Source: Chiloscyllium plagiosum (Eukaryota). Taken from it: a stretch of 57,278 nt of DNA. Shown here one piece after another: positions 40,346 through 52,804 of this stretch; positions within the stretch are counted from its first letter, which is position 1, and each line of letters starts with the position of its first letter. Under the pieces are notes generated by a model, which searched no databases, had not been told where the DNA came from, and worked only from the letters and a program-made list of their open reading frames with translations. The stretch is from contig NC_057755.1 in assembly GCF_004010195.1 (NCBI RefSeq), forward strand, positions 10,621,280 through 10,678,557, read 5' to 3'. A program made the translations under genes and the position numbers.

Positions 40346-40675
40346 GAAATTCAGGAGCTATGGGTGTTGCTGTGTGTTAACCCCCAAACAAGTTTGAGAA
40401 TGTTGAGCCACATGCATTGAATGTTGGGAGGTTTGACCTTCAGTCTTTCTAAAAAAATGTATTATTCTGAATGGAATGGTTGGGTGAATGATATTAATAA
40501 ATCTAAACACATTTGAGGAGCTAGAGTTGTAATAAACTCAACGATATGGTATAAAACTAGACAGAAGCTTTGTTTTCTTGAAGACGATTGAATTTTCTTC
40601 CACGGAGGCCAATAGATGCTGAGCCATGGAATATGTTTAGGGCTTTGCTGTGTTTATTTATCTGAATAGAAAACT

Positions 40676-40846
40676 AGATTCTCTCATCTCTCCACCCTTC
40701 AGGCACTCTGCCTGTATTCCTGATGAAGGGCTTTGGCCAGAAACGTCGATTTTACTGCTCCTCCGATGCTGCCTGAACTGCTGTGCTTTCTCAGCACCAC
40801 TCTAATCTAGACTCTGGTTTCCAGTATCTGCAGTCATTGTTTTTAC
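40676..40846 (+). mobile_element. Penelope-like terminal fragment with hammerhead core
   Basis: 14-bp TSD ctgaatagaaaact (40662-40675, 40847-40860); CTGATGA at 40720 and GAAACGTC at 40740. Confidence 0.9.
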
Positions 40847-41663
40847 CTGAATAGAAAACTGGTCAAGCATTGTGCGAAATGGAGATTGAGAAAACAACAA
40901 TGTCAGCTGTGGTCTTTCTGAACAGCCGTGTTTTGATCTTGATCTGACAGGTGGAGATATCCATGCTGAGAGGCATGTGGGTTCAGAATGTCTACTGATA
41001 TTGTCACTTCATTAATATTTGAATAACAACGTTCATGCCATGTTTTATAATTTTCAGGAATTAAAAGGATGAAGTGGGAAATTAGAACTTTGCTCTGGCT
41101 GACATTTGCAATGCTGTTATGCACAGGAACAGAAATTAAACTGAGACTTCAAACAATGATAAAGGTAAAATCACGCTTTTGATAAAAACAGAGATGAAAT
41201 ACATTTGATACCATTCAATAGTGCAGATGTTTAAAATTGTGAAGATTGTTGCAATAATCGGGAATGCCTTTATATTCCTGATACTATCTTAAAGCTAATT
41301 TGACAAACACATCCTTTCATCCTGAGTCGTTTTGTTTACAGAAACGAGCATTCACATGATCATTTGTCACTTCTGAAATTCTCATTATCTAATTCATTTA
41401 AATATGTCGCATAATTTAAAGTTTCCTTGAAAATCTCACATTACTTCGGTATTTAATTTTAAATTTTCCATGCAATTTAGGTTAACAATGCATAATCTTG
41501 CCTTAATCGAAAAATAATTTCTGCCTCCCTAAGTGTGAATGTTTTTCTTTAGTTAGGAACTTTCCATGGTGAAAGTGTTGTTCAATGTGTGCGGGTGTTT
41601 CTATCAACGCCATGACTTTCTCAATATTACAGGGTTGTTTCCAGCAAATTTCGTTTTGAAACA

Positions 41664-42269
41664 TGTAAAGATGTCACGCTAAAAAAGGTTATTTTGTCCT
41701 TTTTTAATTAAGAGAGGTTGTAAAGGCAGAGGTGATGACCTGTCTAGGGGACAAGTCTGAACAAATAATATTATTTTTCAAACAGTTTAACAACTGTTTG
41801 AAAGTGGCCCTTCCCCCATTTCAGGATTTTGTAGTTTTTAAGTTACAAGATATTTTGTATACCAGAAGGGTTGTAAGCTTAAGTAAAAGATTCCTGACTG
41901 ACTTTCCCTGAAATCTCTCTCTGGATGTTGTTCCCTCCTGCCTGAAGAAATTTGTGTATGAGTGGACAGTTTTGACAAGGAGTGTGTTTCGGGGATGCTA
42001 CTCAACTGGAACAGTTAATTAGTAATAGTTACTCTATCGAGTATTAGGTGTAGTTTTCCAATATTTAAGTTATTCTAAGTTCCGTTTTCTTTGGCTCACG
42101 TTTCAACTGTAGTGTTTAATTAAATTCAGTTTTCCTTAAATCCGATTGTATTGACCAGTTGCATCACACCTGGAACACCTACCGCACATCTGCCATTAAA
42201 ATAAGAAAAAGTTAGGATCTAGGCTACCTTTTAAAAATATATTGAGGGCGTCTAGCCTCGTCTGTAACA
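41664..42269 (+). mobile_element. Solo LTR (606 bp)
   Basis: TG...CA termini, TSD aaca/aata; homologous along its length to 26708-27317. Confidence 0.88.
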
Positions 42270-43224
42270 AATATAAAGGAGCTTATGCATGCATGATTGT
42301 GTATCATAGCTGGAAATTGACTATGATGCATTAAATCAAAACTGGGATTTGAGTTTCGTGAAGGTACTGGGGAAGAAATGATTAGATGAATAAGTTGGAA
42401 TCAAATGCAAATTAAGATAAACTACATGGATGACATTGATCGAAATATGTTCTTTTTTTTACAGGACATGAAGCTACAGAAGTAATGTATGTAAGAAACA
42501 TCGCTTTAATCGTTTCTGTCATCGTACCTTCCATAACAGTTTTAATACTTTGCTCTTGCTCTTCTAATAAAGGGCAATCCTTTCGAGGTAATGTTGCTGA
42601 TGATACAAACAGTGAATAATGAGCAGTATTATTTCTTCTCAATCTATTTATAATCCTAAGCAGCGTTTAGATAACAAACTGAAAGCTTCAGATTGGTCCA
42701 ATTTGAGTGCATGTTGTATCATTAATCCAAAACTCAGCATTATCCTTTTGTTTGACAGAATATATCTATTTTTGCCCCATAACGAATGAAACATTCAATG
42801 AGTTTTTTTTTCATTTTTAATATTGCACATAAAGGCAACTCAATGTTGATTTGTTTTTTTCAGTGCATCGTTTGTATTCTGTATTGGTGAATAAGTCACA
42901 AAGTAATATTTAACTTGGAAGTTGTAATCCTGTGATTTGTGTAGTTCTTCAGACTGAAACAAATTTTATGAACGTATATGTTAACAGCATCTGAAAGAAA
43001 ATCGGAAAATAACTCGGCTTAAATCGAATAAAGTCAAAAAATGTCGTCATCAAAGAAAGTGTTAAAATATATATTGCTGAACGTTTTCTTGGCATCCAAA
43101 CAATAGAACCGGATTAGAGTTTTTTTTCAAACAAAGGCAACAGTCTGTAATTGTCAGGCAAAAGAAAATAACAGCTGGATCTATTGCTTTACAAATGTTT
43201 CAGAAATTATTCAAATTTTAAATT

Positions 43225-45237
43225 TAGATAGCAGGAAGTCCTGTGGACGCAAAAGGGAATCCATGATGATGTGTTGTTTCCCAGGTACTAGGGTCCAGGA
43301 TGTCTCGGAGCAGATGCACAATATTCTCAATGTAGAGACTGAGCAGCCAGACGTGATTGGCACAAATGGTTGGTAGAAATAGGAATGAGGTCCTGCAGAG
43401 TGATTATAGCGAGCTAGGAAAAAGTTAAAAACCAAGATAGATGACTGAGGTGAGCACTTTGGGACCAGTGACCATAGTGCCATGATTTTAAGATAGTTAT
43501 GGAGAGGGACAAAATTCGTCCGTAGGGGGTTCAAATTCTAAATTGGGGACAGGAGAATTTTGATGAAATAAGACAGGAGCTTTCAGGGGTTGACTTGAGT
43601 AGTCTGTTTGCAGGCAAAGGCATCTCTGGCAAGTGGGAGGTCGTTAAAGGTGAGATAGCTCATGTTCAAGATCGATATGTTCTTACAAGGGTAAAGAGTA
43701 AGGTTGGCAGGAATGGTGAACCCTGGATGACAAGAGATATTGAGGTTTTTACCAGAAAACGGGAGACATGGCGAAGGTATAGGCTGCAAGGATCAAGTGA
43801 ATTATTGGAAGCATATAGGAGTCACAAGTGTTTACTGAAGAAAGAAATCCAAAGGGCAAAGTATATCCAAAGCAGATATACTTGGCTGAGAAGATTAGGA
43901 TGAAACTAAAGAAATTATTGGACTATATTAAACAAAAAAGAGATTATTGGACTATATTAAATAAGAAAAGAATAACTGGAAAGAGAATAGGACCCCTCAA
44001 GGACCAGACTGGCCATGTAGCTGTAGAATGTTAGGAAATGGGTGAGGTCCTCAAAATTTCTCCTCTGTTTTTGCTGTGGAGAAAGACATGAAGACTTGGG
44101 AACTTCGTGATTTACTGGGCATATCTTGTGGTCAGGCCATATCACAGTATGAAGTGGAAATGCCAGTGTTGGACTTGGGTGGACAAAATCACACAACCCC
44201 AGGTTGTAGTCCAACAAGTTTATGTGGAAGTACAAACTTTCGGAGCACTGCTCTGGAAGGTTAGATCACATGGAATTCAGGGCAAGTTAGCAAAATTGGA
44301 TACAAAGTTGGCTTTATCTTAGGAAGCAGAGTGTAATAGTGGAAGGATGTTTGTTGGACTGGAGGACTGTGATGCATGGAGTGCCTCATGATTCAGTGCT
44401 GGGTCCATTGCTGAATGTTATCTATGAGAATGTACAAGGCTTGATTAGTAGTTTTGCTGATGACACTATCGTAAGCAGTATCGTGGAAAGTGAGCAAGGT
44501 TATCAGAATTTGCAGCAGAACCATAATCGGTTTGGGAAGTGGGCTGAGAAATGGCAAATGGAGTTTAATATCGATAAGTTTGAGATCTTATATTTTGGCA
44601 AGTCTAATCAAGGCAGGAGTTTTATGGTGAATGGTAGGGCCTTAATGGAACAGGGGGACCTGGCTGTATAGGGGCATGGTTCTCTGAAAGTGGAGTCACA
44701 GGTAGACAGGGCAGTGAAGAACACTTTTGGCACATTGGCCTTCATCAGTCAGGGTATTGTGTATAGAATTTAGGAAGTTATGTCACAGTTGTACAAGACG
44801 TTGGTGAGGCCGCACTTTGGAAGTATTGTATTCGGTTTTGGTCACCTTGCTATAAGAAGGATGTTATTAAACTGGAAACAATGCCCAACATGAGAGGCAT
44901 GGACAGGGTGAATGCAATCAGTCATTTTCACAGGGTTGGGGAATCAAGCACTGGAGGGAGTTAGATTAAGGTTCGAGGGGAAAGAAGAGGAGTGAACCTG
45001 AGGTACAACCTTTTTCCAGAGAAGGTGCTACGTGTATGGAATGAGCTGCCAGTGGAAGTTGTTGAGGCGGGTATTATAATAACATTTAAAAGGCACCTGG
45101 ACAAATCCATGGATATGAAAGGATTAGAAGGATATGGACCAAGTGCAGGGAAATGAAGATAGAATTGAGGGACATTTTAGTCGGCATGGATCAGTTTGGA
45201 ACAAATGACCTGTCTCCATGCTAGCAGACTCTATCAC
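43225..45237 (+). mobile_element. Internally deleted CR1 LINE including an ORF1 esterase remnant
   Basis: 43260-43370 reads MCCFPGTRVQDVSEQ..EQPDVIGTN (CR1 ORF1 SGNH-like); RT ORF 44339..44671; CR1 3' UTR; nested PLE tail at 44150-44255. Confidence 0.88.
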
Positions 45238-45366
45238 TCGAAATTGTAAATTAAATCTGTTGACATGCAATGATTAATTTTGCATAAATGTTAGTAATGG
45301 CTACAAGGGCATACACAGTTTGTAATTCAATTCCTTTAAGTTCACTGTTCATTTTCTAGCCAGAGG

Positions 45367-45418
45367 ATGAGAGCAGGAGAAAAAACAATCGCATGTATTG
45401 GGAAATCAGTTCCAAATG
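45367..45418 (+). CDS. Putative start-codon exon of the NLR gene (MRAGEKTIACIGKSVPN)
   Basis: Pyrimidine tract plus CAG acceptor at 45363; ATG at 45367; GT donor at 45419 in phase 1, matching the NACHT exon acceptor; paralogous segment at ~55640-55735. Confidence 0.4.
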
Positions 45419-46596
45419 GTTAGGATGTGAAAATTGCATATTTTTGTTACATATTAATTTTCTTGAGTCTCTTTTCCGAAGCATAATTATATTCCTCAGG
45501 AATTCTGGTGAGCTATCCGCCTTTTCAACTATAAACTGACAATATCCCCACTTTCAATCTCCTGAGGACCAATACTGCTCATGACCACCCACTTTCCTAA
45601 AGATTCTCAATCACTTTGATGTCCCTGGCATGTTTCCTTTCATAATCCCATTTATTTTTTTTTTGAAGCCGCTTTGCATTCCTTTGTCGGTCTTTGAATC
45701 TTTCCCATTGAGCAGAATCTGTGGGTTTTTTTCCAGTTTTGTACGCCCTTTCTGCTGCTTTTAATTTGTCCGTCCTATTTTTAGTTGTCCGTGCCTATTT
45801 TCATTGTGTGAAATGGAGTATTTTTCCTCTCAAAAAGATGTATAAAATAGTTTTGTATTGCACGAAATAAATATCAAGAAGCAGTTAATTCTCTCAATGA
45901 AAATCCAACCCGCTGGAAGGTGGATAATTTATGATGAGGGGTTTTGCTCAAAGTTAAAATCTTTGGAAATAAATACATTGCTCAGGCAGTGACTCAAAGC
46001 ACAGGAATAGCAAACTGGGAGCAAGAACATACAATCGAAACTCTTCAAATCTCAAGTTCTGCAGCATATTTGAAGGGATGTGGTGACAGGGCAGGTAACT
46101 TTGGAGTTATTTAAAATTGACGAGGAAAGTGTGTTGAATGGATTGTTGATAGTTAACATTGACAAGGGACCATGACCGGGTGAAGTCCATCCAGGCATAC
46201 TTGAGGTAGTGAGAGTGAGTGCTGTGGGGACACTGGCCATAGTCTTTCAGCCTTCCTGGAGTCAGGGCATATATGCTCCAAGACTGGACAATAACAAACT
46301 TGCTCAAGAAAGGTTGTATGGATACACCTAGCAATTATTGTTGGGTTCCAGATTACTAGCCCAATAAAATTACCTTAGAATCCACTATCTTCTCTATGAA
46401 GGAATTGGAATAAGTCAGTTGATCGATGCAACACTAGTTTCACAGTTACAGAGATCGTCACAAAAACAATTGCAACGTGTTTCTTTATGAATGATATTTT
46501 TGTAATTTATCGGTGAGCATTTTGTTCGTAGTATCATTCTGATGAATATTGCCAATATGAATGGTGATGATAAACATGCTGAATATTTTAATTTAG

Positions 46597-48301
46597 ATAC
46601 AATCCGGCAGCACAAAGATTACCTTCACAGAAAGACCGAGAATCTAACAATCACAGGAGAAAACAGAAGAATTTGGAGATTTCCACTGAGTGAAAGATAT
46701 GCCAAAGTAACTATTGTCCCTTCACTGGGTGAGCAGGAACAAACAGACAATACACTGAAGACCAGGAGTACGCCAGGTGGACAATTCTGGAGGAAAGCTG
46801 AGCAAAACCACCGGGAAGAAATACCGTTAGATAGGTTACTGAGAAAACATTGTAATCTGACAGGAGGCACTGGGACCGCTCTCATCATTGGACCGTCAGG
46901 TTTTGGAAAAAGTACCATAATACAGAAAATAATACATGGCTGGGCAGCAGGTGAAATGTACCGAGAGATTGATGTGATCTTTCCATTTAAAATGCAGCAA
47001 TTGAATTCCATCGATAGGATAACCTGCTTAAATGAACTGATATTAGATTTCTTCCCCAATTTCCCAATGTCCTTACAGATTCTGTGGAAGAAACCAGAGA
47101 AAATCTTGTTCATATTCGATGACTTGGATCTTTTCCAGAAACCCATTGATTTCACCGAAATGCCGAGTAACAATGATGATGGATCTCAGAGTTTCGGGCC
47201 TGAAAATCTGTGTGAAATATCCCACATTGTGTGCAGTCTTATAAAAGGGCAGTTGCTGAAAGGCTGCTCAGTGTTGGGAACAAGTTCCCCATGGAAGCTG
47301 CAGACTCTTGGGCAAGTCGAAACAAATCAAGTTTTCGATATCCTGGGCTTCAGTGCAGAGACGAGGAAACAATATTCACATCGCTGCTCTGTAGCTGCAC
47401 AGCTTCCTTCAAATATTTTGGATTATATTGAGCAGAATGAGATGTTATGCACCATGTTCCATAATCCTCGCTTCTGCTCGGTTCTGTTCAATACTGGAAA
47501 CCCAGCAGAAAGAAGGAGCCCAGATACCAGGATTCACAACCTGTACAAGGGTGTTCCTCACTTATGTCACTTGCCTTTTGAAGAAATGTTTATATGAAGA
47601 TGTTATTGTTCAGGACATGATTATGAATTTGGGTCGTTTAGCCTACTGGGGAATTTGCACAAAAACCATTGTGTTTAAAAGAGGCCAATTCAACCAGCAC
47701 AAGCTCCTTATGTTCAGTTGGGTCTCGGGATTTACGATGAAAATTCAAGACAATGATGGTATTGGCTACGTGTTCACTCACACCATTTTGAAGGATTTTG
47801 TCGCTGCCCTGTTTAAATGTCAAAGTACACCAGCTGACCAAGTGAAAGAATTACTTACTGAATGGCACAACTGCACGGACGACAGGTTTAAATTTGTTTC
47901 ACGATTTTTCATTGGCCTCTCATCACCAAATTCAGTGAAACAGATTGGGTTTTACTGGGAAGAAGTCCACTCTGAAACAGCTTCAAATGTATCAGACTGG
48001 CTGAAAGAAAAATTCACCAGTTATGTGCAGAACTTGGAAAGTGAGAAAACCAAAAAGGTCTCCTTGAAATATTGTATTGTCTCTTTGAATTTGGAGATGC
48101 CACGCTCATAAAAGATGTCTTAACTCCAGTGAAGACATTCCGATTTACAAAATGCCATCTTCAATCCTTTGACTATATGGTTTTATCAAAAGCCTTAATG
48201 ATGGTTCAGGAGATTGAGGAACTGGATCTAGACAATTGTGGGATAGGAAATAAGGGCATCCTCCAGCTGAAGTCAGTGTTACGGAAATGTGAAGTACTCA
48301 G
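46597..48301 (+). pseudogene. NLR (NACHT-LRR; NLRP3/NLRC3-like) large NACHT exon with two frameshifts
   Basis: Walker A GPSGFGKS (46890-46913), Walker B region LFIFDDLD, LLKGCSVL, ILGFS, winged helix FTHTILKDFVAA, YCLFE, first LRRs (IEELDLDNCGI). AG acceptor at 46596 and GT donor at 48302; frame changes near 47485 and 48060. Confidence 0.9.
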
Positions 48302-49529
48302 GTAATGCAACATAATTATTTAATAACATTATGACATCATAAAGTGATGGTGCAGACTTTTGGGGCAATATTTATAAATGGCATCTGTTAGATTACTTAA
48401 AGACAGGGTTTTGTAATACTTTCATGGAATCATGGTGGCCTGAAATCAATAAACACACCAAACCTTCGTTGTAATACCACTTCGTGTAATGATCTGTTCG
48501 TAAACAGATTTTAACAATAACACATTCAAATCTTGTACACCCTTAACAACTCATCTGATTCATTGATTTAACCACTTCTTTCAGGCACATTGAGCATAGA
48601 AGAGTTCTATAAGCTGACAAGAAGACAGTGTTCGGAAGATGAGAAAATGTGTTGCCAAGGTGTCCAAATCTATGGCCAATTGCAGGGAAATAGGATGAGA
48701 AAAGATAGGAGGTTTTCTGTGACATAGTTTCATCCACAAACATTGTGATTAAAAGATAGCATCCGATGACATGAATAGACTCTAATTGCTATGCTGGAAA
48801 GTGTTGAACAATCAAAGGAATATTGGAACAGGAGTAGGCCATTCAAAGGCTGACTTGTGGCTTAACTCCATTATCCTAATTCGGGCCCTTAATCATTAGT
48901 ACATTTGCTCAACAAAAATTGATCAATCTCAGATTTAAAAATAACAACTGATGTACCATCCACTGCTAGTAGTGGAAGATAGTTATAAATATCTACCACC
49001 CTTTGCTTATAGACATCCTCCCTGACAACTCTCCCGAATGTTCTGGCCCTAATTCACAGATTATGTTTCTTGCTCTAGAGTTACCAATTAGTGGAATTTG
49101 TTTGTTCGAATTCTTTTTTTCCTGAACTCCAAACACCAAACACTTTTGAAGAGAATCCGGACGCATAATAAAATTCCATGAAGAAATCCAACTTTAAACG
49201 TTTCTAATACCGCAACCAATCAATAAGGAATATTTGCTATTCACTCTTACCCTTCAGATTGGGTTTCAACATCAGCACCTTTGTGCAACTGTCTTTTTTG
49301 CAGCACATTATGCACATCAATTATTGTAAAGTATGGCAAATACAGATATTTTCTAGTCATCTCTTGGGGTCAGTAATATTCTTAAATCAAAGTAAATTAT
49401 TACAAGCCACATGTTTAAATATAAATTACATGTTCTTCCTTCATATTCTGAATCTCCTAACCACAATAACAAAATATTTGAGATCCTACTCATTTTTACC
49501 AGTGATATTTTCTTATTATTCCTTACTAG

Positions 49530-49621
49530 TCTCAGCATGAATGAACTGAACGATTTGGGAGTGCAAAGTCTCCCTGGCATTCCAAAGGAAAAGCATTGCA
49601 AAATACAGACCAGACGTTGCT
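49530..49621 (+). pseudogene. NLR LRR exon (damaged 3' end)
   Basis: Pyrimidine tract plus TAG acceptor; LSMNELNDLGVQSL...HCKIQT is a ribonuclease-inhibitor-type LRR in phase 2. No clean in-frame GT donor. Confidence 0.75.
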
Positions 49622-51036
49622 GACAGTAATTCTGCATAAAATATAAAACAACACATTTTAAAATCCATTTTAGTCATTATCAGCTAATATGATTTTTCCA
49701 TTTCTGTTATTACTGGGCTTCTTGCTGAGATATTTGTATCATCGATAGTCACAGGTGAGATGCCGGAAGACTGGAGATTGGCTAACGTGGTGCCACTGTT
49801 TAAGAAGGGTGGTAAAGACAAGCGAGGGAACTATAGACCGGTGAGCCTGACCTCGGTGAGGCAAGGTCTGATTCAGGATCGTCAAAATGGTTTTGTGCGT
49901 GGGAAATCATGTCTCATAAACTTGACTGAGTTTTGAGGAAGTAACAAAGAGGATTAATGAGGGCAGAGTGGTAGATGTGATCTATATGGACTTCAGTAAG
50001 GCGTTCGACAAGGTTCCCCATGGAAGACTGATTAGCAAGATTAGGTCTCATGGAATACAGGGAGAACTAACCATTTGATGCAGAACTCGCCCAAAGGTAG
50101 AAGACAGAGGGTGGTGGTGGAGGGTTGTTTTTCAGATTGGAGACCTGTGACCAGTGGAGCACCACAAAGGTCGGTGCTGGGCCCTCTACCTTTTGTCATT
50201 TATATAAATGATTTGGATGTGAGCAGAAGAGGTACAGTTGGTAAGTTTGCAGATGACACCAAAGTTGGAGGTGTAGTGGACAGCGAAGAGGGTTGCCTCA
50301 GATTACAACAGGATCTGGATTAGGTCGGCCAACAGGCTGAGATGTGGCAGGTGGAGTTTAATTCAGATAAATGCGAGATGCTGCATTTTGGGAAAGCAAA
50401 TCTTAGCAGGACCTATACACTTAACGGTAAGATCCTAGGGAGTGCTGCTGAACAAAAAGACATTGGAATGCAGGTTCATAGCTCCTTGAAAGTGGAGTTG
50501 CAGGTAGATAGGATAGTGAAGATGACATTTGATATGTTTCCTTTATTGCTCAGAGTATTGAATACAGGAGTTGGGAGGTCATGTTGCGACTATACAGGTC
50601 TTTGGTTAGGCCACTGTTGGAATATTGCGTGTAATTCTGGTCTCCTTCCTATCGGAAAGATGCTGAGAAACTTGAAAGGATTCAGAAAAGATTTACAAGG
50701 ATGTTGCCAGGGTTGGAGGATTTGAGCTATAAGGAGAGGTTGAATATGCCAGTGTTATTTTTCCTGGAGCGTCGGAGGCTGAAGGGTGCTTTTTATCATG
50801 GTTTAAAAAATTATGAGCGGCGTGGATAGGATAAATAGACAAAGTATTTTTCCTGGGGTGAGTGAGTCCAGAACTAAAGGATATTGGTTTAGGGTGAGAG
50901 GGGAAAGACATAAAAGAGATCCAGGGACAACTTTTTCACTCAGTGTGGTACGTGTATGGAATGAGCTGCCAGAGGAAGTTGTGGAGGCTGGTACAATTGC
51001 ATCATTTAAGAGGCATTTGGATGGGTATATGAATAA

Positions 51037-51285
51037 GGTAAAAACAATGACGTCAGATGCTGGAAACCAGAGTTTAGATTAGAGTGATGCTGGAAAAGCA
51101 CAGCAGTTCAGACTGCATCCGAGGATCAATAAAAATGATGTTTCAGGCAAAAGCCCCTCTTCAGGATTACTGATTCCTGACGATGCATTCCTGATGAAGG
51201 GCTTTTGCCCGAAACGTCAATTTTACTGCTCCTCGGGTGCTGCCTGAACTGCTGTGCTTTTCCAGCACCACTCTAATCTTAACTC
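51037..51285. mobile_element. Inverted-repeat Penelope-derived insertion within the CR1 tail
   Basis: Arms ~51070-51168 and ~51187-51286 are reverse complements; flanking direct repeat tgggtat(a/g)tgaata. Confidence 0.88.
51191..51218 (+). ncRNA. Minimal hammerhead-ribozyme core motif, sense to the NLR transcript
   Basis: CTGATGA-A-GGGC-TTTT-GCCC-GAAAC-GTC. Confidence 0.7.
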
Positions 51286-51590
51286 TGGGTATGTGAATAC
51301 GAAGGGTTTGGAGGGATATGGGCCATGTGCTGGCAGGAAGGACTACATTGTTTTGGGATACCTGGTCGGCATGGATGGGTTGAACAGAAGGGTCAGTTTC
51401 CATGGTGTACATCTCTATTATTCTTGTGAAAATTTAGACATAAAGGTGACACGCAAAACAATTGTTACAGTTCACTTGGACTTTTAGTGCAATTGTGTTT
51501 CTATTGGCATTTGTTTTCACCTTTGCCTTTTTGTATGTGTCTTATGTTCCCGTAAATATAATATATGCTTTTTTTATTCAAACAATGCAG

Positions 51591-51782
51591 TTTAAAATCC
51601 AACAATCTCACAGATGGCTGTGTGGAAATCCTAAAATCTGCTCTCCGTGAAAATACTGTGTTGTTAAAACTGGACATCAGCAATGATGATCTAAATAGTG
51701 ACCATGCCAACAAGCTGACAGATCAATCTGTTCCTGCACTATCCCAGTTCATTCAGAATTGCACACAAATGACTGAAATCAA
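51591..51782 (+). pseudogene. NLR LRR exon, 192 nt, open frame
   Basis: CAG acceptor and GTAAGT donor, phase 2-2; LKSNNLTDGCVEILKSALRENTVLLKLDIS..NKLTDQSVPAL. Confidence 0.9.
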
Positions 51783-51869
51783 GTAAGTTTGTAATTTAAA
51801 TGTTCTTCCATACTTTATGTGCTTTGATTTGCAGAATAAACACAGGTCGAAGAGAGCCCCAATAGTGAG

Positions 51870-52198
51870 GAAGCAAGCTGTTCAGCCCAACAAGTCCACA
51901 CCAACCCTCCGAAGGGTATCCCATCGAGACCCATTTCCCTACCCTATTGCTCTGTATGTACCCCAAGTATTGAACCTAACCTCCAAACCCCTGAACACTA
52001 TGGATGATTTAGCATGGATAATTCACCTGAACCTGTACATTTTGGATTGTGGGAGGAAGCCTAAGTACCTCGAGCAAATACACAGAAACACAAGGAGAAT
52101 GTGGAAACTCCACACAGACAGTTGCCGAGGCTGGAATCGAGCCCAGGTCACTGGCCTTGTGAGGTAGCAGTGCTAACCACTGAGCCACTGTGCTGCCC
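51870..52198 (-). mobile_element. HE1-like SINE
   Basis: Head gggcagcacagtggctcagtggttagcactgct on the minus strand. Confidence 0.88.
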
Positions 52199-52641
52199 TG
52201 ATGATTTGATATTTAAGAAGTATACCACCTCAGACAACAGTAACTGAAGGGTAACAGGCGTTTTGCAAGCCTAACATAAAAGCTGAGAAAATATTCTCCA
52301 ACATCTCTATCAACCCTCACAGTGTTTTACAAGGACACATACAATACTGATTTAAACTTAATTCTTGATCCTTCACTAGCATACAATCAGTCTCACAAAT
52401 AGTTACCCTGCCAAATGGGTCTCAATCAGATTGGGATATCAGAGCAATATTAACGTGTTGGAGTGAAGGGTCTGTTTCCATGTTGGCGAACTCTATGACA
52501 CTAAATCACAATTAGGAAATCTCAATAGCTGTATACTCACCAGTTGGGTGTCTCTCATTGATAAATAGAATAGTTTTCAAAAGTTCAGTTAAAAAAATTA
52601 AAAATGCAGCGTCTTAAGCATCATCATTATTAGAAGCTACT

Positions 52642-52804
52642 TTTTTGCAAGGTTTGTGAATGTTTGTAGTTCAGGTTGAGGTTTAGGGTGTAAGTTTGCT
52701 CGCTGAGCTGTAGGTTTGATATCCAGACGTTTCATTACCTGACGATGTAACATCATTAGTGGTGACCTCCAAGTGAAGTGAAGGCAGGTAATGAAACGTC
52801 TGGA
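52642..52804 (-). mobile_element. Short PLE-like insertion of a different family with internal inverted repeat
   Basis: 14-bp TSD tattagaagctact (52628-52641, 52805-52818); 23-bp inverted repeat containing GAAACGTC. Confidence 0.7.

Larger units (their letters stand above)
49712..51424 (+). mobile_element. CR1 LINE in NLR intron
   Basis: RT ORFs 50075..50323 (FADDTKVGG) and 50342..50725; CR1 3' UTR. Confidence 0.95.

Noticed and set aside
41555..41566. NF-kB-like site GGAACTTTCC
   Set aside because: Single imperfect short motif expected by chance, with no supporting conservation.
26708..42269. One 15-kb LTR element bounded by LTRs 26708 and 41664
   Set aside because: The first is a 3' LTR following a PPT, the second has its own TSD, they are visibly diverged, and a gap lies between them.
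46625..47173. 182-aa minus-strand ORF
   Set aside because: Antisense shadow of the NACHT exon with no recognisable motifs.
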